Source: Elusimicrobiota bacterium (lineage in GTDB: Bacteria; CG03; SLGR01; JBDRKX01). Taken from it: a stretch of 51,707 nucleotides of DNA. Below are positions 1 through 8,900 of the stretch, piece by piece. Under the pieces are notes generated by a model. The model saw only the letters and a program-made list of their open reading frames with translations, made no database searches and had not been told where the DNA came from. Both the position numbers and the translations under genes were made by a program. The stretch lies in NCBI GenBank assembly GCA_043813605.1, contig JBDRKX010000091.1, positions 1 through 51,707 on the forward strand. Direction: 5' to 3'. The stretch's first letter is position 1. Each line of letters starts with the position of its first letter.

Positions 1-155
1 ACTTACAACTTACAACTTACCACTTACAACTTACAACTTACCTCTTACCACTTATAACTTACAACTTACAACTTACCTCTTATAACTTACAACTTATAGC
101 TTACAACTTATAGCTTACAACTTACCTCTTACAACTTACCACTTACAACTTACCA
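1..155. repeat. Tandem heptamer repeat array (ACTTACA/ACTTACC/TCTTACC/ACTTATA/GCTTACA variants), runs off the window start
   Basis: About 22 consecutive 7-mer units with a constant CTTA core, directly after the stop codon of the 834-aa gene. Confidence 0.95.
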
Positions 156-2660
156 CTATTTAATTATTGCAAGTTTTTCTGTTACTTCGTCCTCCCTGTA
201 TGGAGTTTTACCTTTTAAATACCAGATATATACACCTGACGCTATCCCGTTTATATTCCATTTGATTTCCTGAGTCTTACCCGCATCTTCCGCTTCATAT
301 CTTTCGGCAAACTCCTTTATCAGTTCGCCTGCGACATTGAAGACCCTTAACTCTATGTCCGCGGCCCTTGTGACAATAAACTTAAAAGTGACTTCACTGC
401 CTGAAGCAGGGTTCGGGTATACATAAGCGCTGTTTTTCGAGATAATATATTCCGGCGGTATATACTCTGCAGGCCTGTATATTGTAAAATGCGGTACATA
501 AGCATAAACCTGGTTCTGATTCGGATAAGGGACAGAAGTATCGACTATTCTCCAGATACTGCCGCTCTTATCATACCAGTACATTCTCATATTTTCTTCA
601 TTCATACCGGTTATATCTGAATCGTCATAACTCAGTTTCACCGTCACATTTGTATTAAACGCTTCATCAGGCTGGATCTCGAACTCCCATGCCTTGCCCA
701 CAGGATTCCACCGGCTGCTGTAATCTCCCTGTATGCCTGAAGGTATATTCGATTCGGAAATAAACGTAATTGCCACTTCGCTGTTCTGCTTCAATGCGCC
801 CGGCGGAAAATACACACCCGTACCGTCGCTTAATTCGACAGTACCTCCGTCAACCGCATTGATAGTGACAATATTCTTATAAGTTATAGTCGATACAACA
901 ACAGAATCCGGGGAATCATTCCTGGCGTCATAACTGCGCAGCGCATAAAAATATTCCTGCCCTATACTTATATCAGTATCCGTGTAAGTCTCGATACCGG
1001 CAACTACAGTCGTAACCGGCATATTATAATCAAAATTCCCGGTCACGCCTTTACGGAATATTTTATATCCTTCGACATCGTTACTTCCCGCGCCGTCGTC
1101 TGAAGATTTAGTCCAATCCAATTTTATGGAGCCGAATGGCCTTGCAGCCGCTTTAACTGATGCCGGCGGATCGGGTGGATTGTCTATTGTTATCATATTC
1201 CTGGCTTCACCAGGCTCAGAAGTATTGTTAACCGTCAATCTTAATGTATACTCACCGTCAAGCAGATTGGAAGAATCCAAACTGCCAAGCGTCCCGTCGT
1301 CTACCTGTACGGTCGAAGTGGATATAGCATGCCAGTTTGACGGATTCGTTCCCGTACCGAAATATAGAATATAGTTCTGAAAATCCGGATTAAGAGCCGT
1401 TCCGCGTACTGTTATTATACCGCTGGTAGTAATATCTTCATTATCGGGAGAAGCTATGCAGGTAATTCTTGATGCTTTATATGCGGATATCGCGCCTGAC
1501 CGGGTTACGACAAAAACATAACCGTCAGATACTCCGGGCGAAACTACAACAGCGGATGATGAACTGTCAACCAGATAGCTGTTCAGGACTGCGCCGGATG
1601 TTGACAGACAAGTCAGATACCCGCTCTCTGACCCGACATATACCGTATCATACGTGACAGCAGGACTTGAAAGTATATAGTCCGTTGTAGATGAATCATA
1701 CAGTTCATACGACCAGTTCAGATTTCCGTTACTCCTATCTAAACAATACATAACCTGTACTGATGAAGCCATAACGACATAAAGGTTATCTTCATCCATA
1801 GCCACAGATGAAGTATATACTCCTGTACCGCCTGTATTCAGTTCCTGTGACTGCCATCCGGGGCCGTTATGCGGGTCATCGATATCCAGTGCATATACAC
1901 GGCGCAGCGCGTCTCCCGGCGCGCAATATAACTTATCATTACCCGCGGAAACGGAAGATAATCTGAATAACCCGGTTCCGGTACTGTATTGCCATATTTT
2001 ATTCAGTTGCTTATCCAGCCTGTAAATCGAACCGTTGTTACACGCGATATATAGTTGGCCGTTATATAACAGCGGCGATGACTGGACTGGTTGTCCTGTA
2101 TCAAAACTATACACTACGTTTCCGTCCGATAACCTTATCCCTTTAATGTCTGTATATTGTCCTCCTCTGCCTATGTATATATACCCGTCAGAAATAAGTG
2201 GGGAAGAAACATTCTGTCCCTTGAATTCGATATTCCAGTTTATATTCTCTCCATCCGCCGCATCAAAACTATATGCTTCCCCGCTATCATTATCTTTTGA
2301 AAAAACATATATACTTCCATTTTCAACCGCAGGAGTACTGTAAATATCTTCAGCATTCTCTAAAGATTCCTGCCACACGTCACCGCCTGTTTTTGCGTTA
2401 AATGCATATACGGCGCCTGAAAGGGTTGCTATATAGACGATACCGTCTTTGACTACCGGAGATGCGACAACATCGGAAAACAGCATCTCATTCTTGTCAT
2501 AATGCCATTGTACGGTAAGCGTCCCTCCGGCCTGCTCATAAGTGTATCCGGTTCTGGCCCTGTTACCCATAAACATCGGCCAGGACTTTGTCTCTCCGGG
2601 AGTTTTCATAATAAATATAAACGAAACTATAATCAAAAATATCTTAAATCTTCTATTCAT
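156..2660 (-). CDS. Secreted PQQ-like (BamB-type) beta-propeller protein with Ig/FN3 domains and a C-terminal T9SS-CTD/FlgD-Ig-like domain
   Basis: Signal peptide; WPMFMGNRARTG; repeated S(S/T)P..dG.vY.g..dG.vYA.d..tG...W blades; FN3-like PDPPASV..IKLDW..YKIFR..YFYALRSYD; C-terminal YVYPNP..LRVFNVAGELI..WN..IASGVYIW..KLAIIK. Confidence 0.8.
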   Translation of the reverse strand: MNRRFKIFLIIVSFIFIMKTPGETKSWPMFMGNRARTGYTYEQAGGTLTVQWHYDKNEMLFSDVVASPVVKDGIVYIATLSGAVYAFNAKTGGDVWQESLENAEDIYSTPAVENGSIYVFSKDNDSGEAYSFDAADGENINWNIEFKGQNVSSPLISDGYIYIGRGGQYTDIKGIRLSDGNVVYSFDTGQPVQSSPLLYNGQLYIACNNGSIYRLDKQLNKIWQYSTGTGLFRLSSVSAGNDKLYCAPGDALRRVYALDIDDPHNGPGWQSQELNTGGTGVYTSSVAMDEDNLYVVMASSVQVMYCLDRSNGNLNWSYELYDSSTTDYILSSPAVTYDTVYVGSESGYLTCLSTSGAVLNSYLVDSSSSAVVVSPGVSDGYVFVVTRSGAISAYKASRITCIASPDNEDITTSGIITVRGTALNPDFQNYILYFGTGTNPSNWHAISTSTVQVDDGTLGSLDSSNLLDGEYTLRLTVNNTSEPGEARNMITIDNPPDPPASVKAAARPFGSIKLDWTKSSDDGAGSNDVEGYKIFRKGVTGNFDYNMPVTTVVAGIETYTDTDISIGQEYFYALRSYDARNDSPDSVVVSTITYKNIVTINAVDGGTVELSDGTGVYFPPGALKQNSEVAITFISESNIPSGIQGDYSSRWNPVGKAWEFEIQPDEAFNTNVTVKLSYDDSDITGMNEENMRMYWYDKSGSIWRIVDTSVPYPNQNQVYAYVPHFTIYRPAEYIPPEYIISKNSAYVYPNPASGSEVTFKFIVTRAADIELRVFNVAGELIKEFAERYEAEDAGKTQEIKWNINGIASGVYIWYLKGKTPYREDEVTEKLAIIK

Positions 2661-2673
2661 AAATTACCTTTTT

Positions 2674-2971
2674 TACAGCTTACAACTTATATCTTACAAC
2701 TTACAGCTTACCACTGTTTCATCAGTTTTAAATCTTAAGTTATACGTTGTAAGCATAATTATTAATATTAAATTGTCTTGTCTTAAAACTTACCACTTAC
2801 AACTTACAACTTACCTCTTACCACTTACAACTTACCTCTTACAACTTACCACTGTTTCATCAGTTTTAAATCTTAAGTTATACGTTGTAAGCATAATTAT
2901 TAATATTAAATTTTCTTGTCTTAAAACTTACCACTTACAGCTTACAACTTATAACTTACCACTTACAGCTT
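2674..2971. repeat. Intergenic ACTTACA heptamer arrays with a 75-bp core duplicated at a 138-bp period (2713-2787 and 2851-2925)
   Basis: ACTGTTTCATCAG...GTCTTAAA occurs twice with one mismatch; the core contains inverted heptamers (TAAGTTATACGTTGTAAGC). Confidence 0.95.
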
Positions 2972-2977
2972 TAAATA

Positions 2978-5900
2978 TCATGGCCCTATATTTATAGCAT
3001 GCATCCTTCCATCCTCAGTACCGATATATAACCTCTTATTGGAGCTGTCGTATGTCGGATTAGAAAGTACAGCTGCTCCCAGATACAAAGGATATCCATT
3101 TCTCATCGTAATACCATCTGACGCGCTTACTGCATAATAATATCCTTTCGTATCTCCGAAATATACATAACCGCTTAACAGAACAGGAGTAGTCCTGATC
3201 TTTCCTTCTGCCTGAAACGGAGCCGGCCATGGCATTGTACCACTGGAAGCATCTATTTTATAAACTCTACCGGCGTCATTGCCGAAATATAAATATTTCT
3301 TCTGACCCTCTATAGCTTTCCAGATACCCCCCATTATAGGAGAACCCGTATTGTAATTGCCGTCTTCCTGTCCGGACCTGTTTTTCCAGCCGTCAGGTAT
3401 GTTTGAAAGGTTACCGGAAACCCTGCAGTATACTTTTCCGTCGGTTGAACCTATAAACAGGAAATTGCTCTCAAGGTCCTGGTTATAGTACCCGGTATCC
3501 AGAGTAGGAGATATCAATATTGGACCGCCTGTTGTCAGATTTGATGTAGCTATACCGTCACTCAGCTGCACCCTGTATACTTTACCGTTGTCTGATGACA
3601 CCCAGAGAGCGCTTACACCCCTCCATCCGTCCTGAACAGCAGGGAAACCCTTAAGGGAACCTGCCAGCCCCCCATCCCAGTTACCCGCCCCCAATCCGGT
3701 ATCCTTGCCTAATTTACGTATATTCCCGTCAGCTCCCGGCGCATAAACATAGTCACGGACTACAATGCTATCAAAAGTTGTTGTCAAAGGTTTTGACCAC
3801 ATCTGGGTATAATCATTTCCGTTGTCCCTCAGTTTATACACATTACCGCTATTATCCGCGAAATATAAATAACTTGGCTCTGAAGTGGATGTCTGTATCC
3901 CGAAAATATTCGTTCTGATCTTATCAGGGGCATTGAAAGTCCATTTTACTGTACCCAAACTGTTAATTGCCCTGAGCTTTCCGTCATCCGAACCCATGAA
4001 AAGATCTTGAACCATTGATGTAAACGGCTGCGAATATATGGGGGCGGAACTATAACTTATGTTTGCCCAGTCTGTCTTTACTTCCTCAATAATATGCAGA
4101 TTCCCTGAATTCAGCGCAGATGTAATTCCTATATCCTGGATTACATTTGAGGCGGATTCCCTGACAATAACATCTATATCACCGTCAACTGTCATACTGA
4201 ATGTACTCGGTGAATAATCGGCTGCGGCGGATGAAAGTTTTACAGCCACAAAATATGTCATGGTCTCCTGAGGAGCAATAGTTGTATACTGGGAATCAGG
4301 ATTGGCTATTGGTATAATCTGCCTGCCGGAAGAAAAACTGAATGAACTGCTTGATACTGAACCCGTATATGTATCTTTATTCGGCTGAAATCCTATACTG
4401 TTATCGTAATCGGTAGAGTTAAACACCACGTAGAGCTCATTGAACAGGTTTCTACCGGCTTCAGTGCTGAGCGCAGCTGAATCGCCATCAAAAAGTGTTA
4501 CAGCCATTTTTTCAATTTCTATACTATTGTAACTTTCAGGTGAACTATTTGTTATGTCTATCCTGATAAGACCTGTCGTTAATCCTTCGTTTACCGTACC
4601 GAAAGAAGGAGTGATAGAAAACACTGATACGCTGTGAATACTTGTATCATAGGTCAAAGAATCGAGTATAATCTGCCCGGCAGAACCGTCTGATCTATCT
4701 GAATTTAGAATCATCCTGTATACGGTCCCGGTCGACAGGTTATAACCATCTATATCGTCACTGCTTATTCCGGTCAATGTCGATATCTGCACAGAAGTAT
4801 CTGACAGATCAAAACCCAGATCACTTAACGTATATATATGCGGAGAATATAGATCAGGATCACCTGAAGTCCTTATAAACCATATTGTATCGGTATAACC
4901 GCCGGTAGAATCAGTACTCAGTGCAAGTTCCATCCTGAAATTCCTCGGCAAAACGGAAGAAGCTGCCGGATAAGCAATCACATTTGCCGAAGGCTGTGAT
5001 CCCTTATTATTCCTTGAACCTAAAGTTCCCGAAGCAAAGCTTGTAAAATCAGCTGAATCGACATCAGTATCCTTACCCTCAGAAGGAGTTCGGCCTACAG
5101 TACCGCTTACGCCTGACGGAGCGGCATTCACATACGATATCAGACTGCCATTTTTATTGTAATGAACGTTTGCCGAACCCTGCCAGGTCACCATATCTAT
5201 TACCTTTCCTGACGGGGTCTCCAGCATGACAAAATCAGAATCAGAATCCAGGCCGTTTAAACCGAAACAGTCATTATAGGTCTGAGCGCCGTTATCTATG
5301 GAAGAATGATCGACTGCTGTAAAAGATTTCGGTAATATTTTCCGTGTAAAAATAAACGGTACTTTATTCTTATTCCTTAAACTGCAACCGGATAAGGTGA
5401 CAGTATCCGTACCCGCGTTATACAGCTCGATAAACTCATCTGCTCCATATTTGACTTCATTTATTCTAACAGGATGCGTGGAGATCGTATTTGTGAATCC
5501 TTTAGTGGGCCGCAAATCAACACATAGATACGGACTGCCATTATATATCCTGGACACACTTGCGTCTTCAGAGAATACCGGATACTTTATATAAGATACA
5601 AGATTACTGCCTGTATCATATAAAGACACTCTCCCTGAAACAGAATGATCCATAGTAAGAGCACCGGTAGATAAAAATGTTCCGGATGATATAATTGAAT
5701 CTCCTGTCCATATTGTAGATGTGGAAACACTATTGTAATAATCCACCTTCCATCCGGTTAAATCGATATCACCGCCGGTATCATTAAAAAACTCTATCCA
5801 GTCGCCGCCTGCGCCGCCGTATGCATAGACTTCATTGATAAAGAGGTTGCCGGCCTGGGACACAATGCCGGCAGGCGCATTACTTAAACCCGACCAGTTG

Positions 5901-8900
5901 TAGTTACCGCGGTCAGATACCTTATCTCTTGTTTTTACAGCAAACCAGTAAGTCACACCGGAATCCAGTTCAACGATAATATGCTCTTCAGTCTGCCCCT
6001 GCCCGGAAACCGGCCAGTTCTGGGAATATTCAGTCGCATTATCCCATTTCGGCTCTGTATCTATTGCCCCGGCAGTTGAATACCTGACACGATAAGCGCT
6101 GCCCGCGGTATTGTCGCCGGTCACGCCGTCGTCACCGGGCGCCGCCCAGGATAATTCTACCTGCCCGTAAGTCTGTCCTATGGATGCTGTTAAATTAGCA
6201 ATGCTATTCGGAGGAAGAGTGTCCTTCCATACCACAAATACGTCTTCATACACCTTATAATTTCCTGCCCTGTCCCAGATCCTTGCTGATACCCAGTTAC
6301 TCGTGCCATGATACAAGGAAATAAAATCTATCTCCCAATTATCGCTGTAATCCTGCTGGTTTATGTTTAATTTAGCGGGTGTCCATGACTTGACCGGCGT
6401 TCCTTTTAAAGCAGAAGACGGGTAAACAGAGTACTCCAGATCGTCGAGATATGAAAGCGGATCACTAAAATCCACATTATAGGTCATGCCTGTAGAATTC
6501 CTCCACGTATAATCACCTGACTGATTATCAGTCATAACAGCCGGAGCAGTATCTTTCTTCACATAGAAACAGTATGTCCCGTTTGTATTATCAACATTTG
6601 ATGCTCCGTCATAAACCCTTACATAGACTTTGTTAGTCCCTTCCCGCATATTGTCAAAACTTGCGTTAAGCAGCTGCCAGTTTATGGAATATTCATCAGA
6701 GTTTATCCCGGAGACAACAGCTGTCCAGTTTTCGAGCATGTTATCCAGATTATCCGTGATCTTTGATTCGAAATATGCGATACCGCTGCCGCCGGAATCA
6801 GTAAAATCTACATTGTAATAGCCCGAATTCGTGCTTCTCCAGGTATCATCGCCTGACTGGTAATCACTTAAGATCGGCGGCGTATCATCATGCCTGTCTG
6901 TCTCAAGAGATCCGCATTCATAGTTATAATCAGAAGAGTTAGTTGTCTGTATAGCCGATTGCGTCCAGTTTGAACCGTTCCAGTTTCTTGTTTTTATCGA
7001 ATCACCGCTCTCAATGACCTTTACGATCATCTTATTTACATTCGGGTCGGATTTAAGCTGCAGCCACATAATAGCGGTGCCGAAATCGTATGTGTCAAGA
7101 GTTGCGTTTAAAAGACTGCCGATTGCAGAAGACGCGTTATACCATTGATTATTTTTCCAGTAACACCAGTCAAACCGGTCAGCAGCGCCGGCGCATAGAA
7201 CAAAGAATTTACCGGAATCCTTTTCCCAGGCGCAATCCATCTTCCTGGTAACAAAACTCTGTACTGCCGCATCTTCTGTCGGCCTGGCTAACCACTGCGA
7301 ACCGTCCCAGATACCCGCATTCCAGTCGTTACCGGCATCCACACAGGTAAAACCTATATTATCCGACGAAGGATCTGAATCTACCCTGACCCAGGCAACA
7401 CTTCCTGCGATATTGAGATTAGCCGGAGATAAGGCTCCGCCCCAGACACTGCCGTTCCATAGATCATAGTAGAGCCTGTTAGCTTCACCCCAGAGGACGA
7501 TACAATCACCGGACTGTGTTTCCCAGGCTAAATCAAAACATTCATACTGATTATACTGCGCTCCTGTTGTCAACTCCTGTCCGTTGACAAAAGATGTACC
7601 GTTCCAGCGGTAAGCATACATGTCGTTATTGGCATCCATTGCTGCAAGCATTATCTCGTTTGTTCCGGTACGGGGTTCCAGGCGGACCCAGTTTACCGCT
7701 CCGGTGAGAGTCCCCAGAGGCAAAGCAGTCTCAGGTATAACCCAGGCTGAAGCCGTAGAAGACCACAACCTGTAGGATACTTCTCCGGCGGTTCCGTTAT
7801 AATATACAACCAGACACCTGCCGGTATTCTGCTCATACGAAATATCAAAACATCTGTATGCGGATATTCCGGGAGAAACAGAAAACTGGTTAGTCCACGT
7901 ACTGCTTACACCGTCATATTTCTGCACATACAGATTATTATTGCTGGATAAAATACCGGCCATCTTCTCATTTCTTATGTTATTATTGGACCTGAGTATG
8001 GTCCATCTTATTGTTGCAGCAGCAGTGTCCCCGTTAGCCCCGCTGCTCCAGGACCCGCCGCCCCATACTTTTGTCTTATGGTAATCAAGCGATCCTTCCC
8101 CTAAAACCAGCATCGCGTCCCGCGCGCCGGGTTGAGTCGGCCTGACACTCACTGTATTGCTTTGAACAGAATAATTGGATTCTTCATCATATGCTTTTAT
8201 ACTCCACCAGTAAGTCACATCGGGATTAAGGCCGGCAAAAATGGCGGTATGGACAGTACCTGAAGACGCCGGTACAGACGGTCCGACACTGTTCCATGTG
8301 GCAGTAGCAGCTTTGACCCAGTTGAAATTTGAATAAGTAGTATATTTGACTGTGTACCCGCTTACAATGCCTGTATAATCGTTATCTCCCGGAGCTGTCC
8401 AGGTCAACTCTACCTGCCCCTCGAAATCCCCGGGTGCTCCTTCCAGATCGGTTATCCTGGCAGGCGGGGTATTATCGGGCCCGGAAAGTGTTTGAGTAGT
8501 ATTGGATACACCTGACCAGTTGTCGGCTTTATCACGGATTTTTATCCAGATGTAATAAGTAGTAGAAGAAACCAGTCCGGTCAATATATGGCCCTCTTCA
8601 TTACCCGCAGATGTACTGGTTGCAATCTGCTTGCTGTAATCAGCTGTCGCCCAGACGTCTAATGAATCTGTAGTATACCGTATTTCATACAGGCCGTTCT
8701 CGATATAATCAGCGTAATTATCGTCTCCGGTTACGGTCCAGGACAGATTTATCTCTCCTTCGGTCCCGGGTCCGCCCGCAAGATCAGTTATCGCTGAAGG
8801 CGCTATTGTGTCCTTTCTTATGTAAAATGCTTTTAATGCTGTATCCGTCGACCCTGCATTATCATACACCCTGACATCGACATAACTGGTCGAATTTGGC

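Noticed and set aside
2502..2997. Plus-strand ORFs of 78 and 151 aa (LQLTTY repeats)
   Set aside because: They are products of the ACTTACA heptamer array
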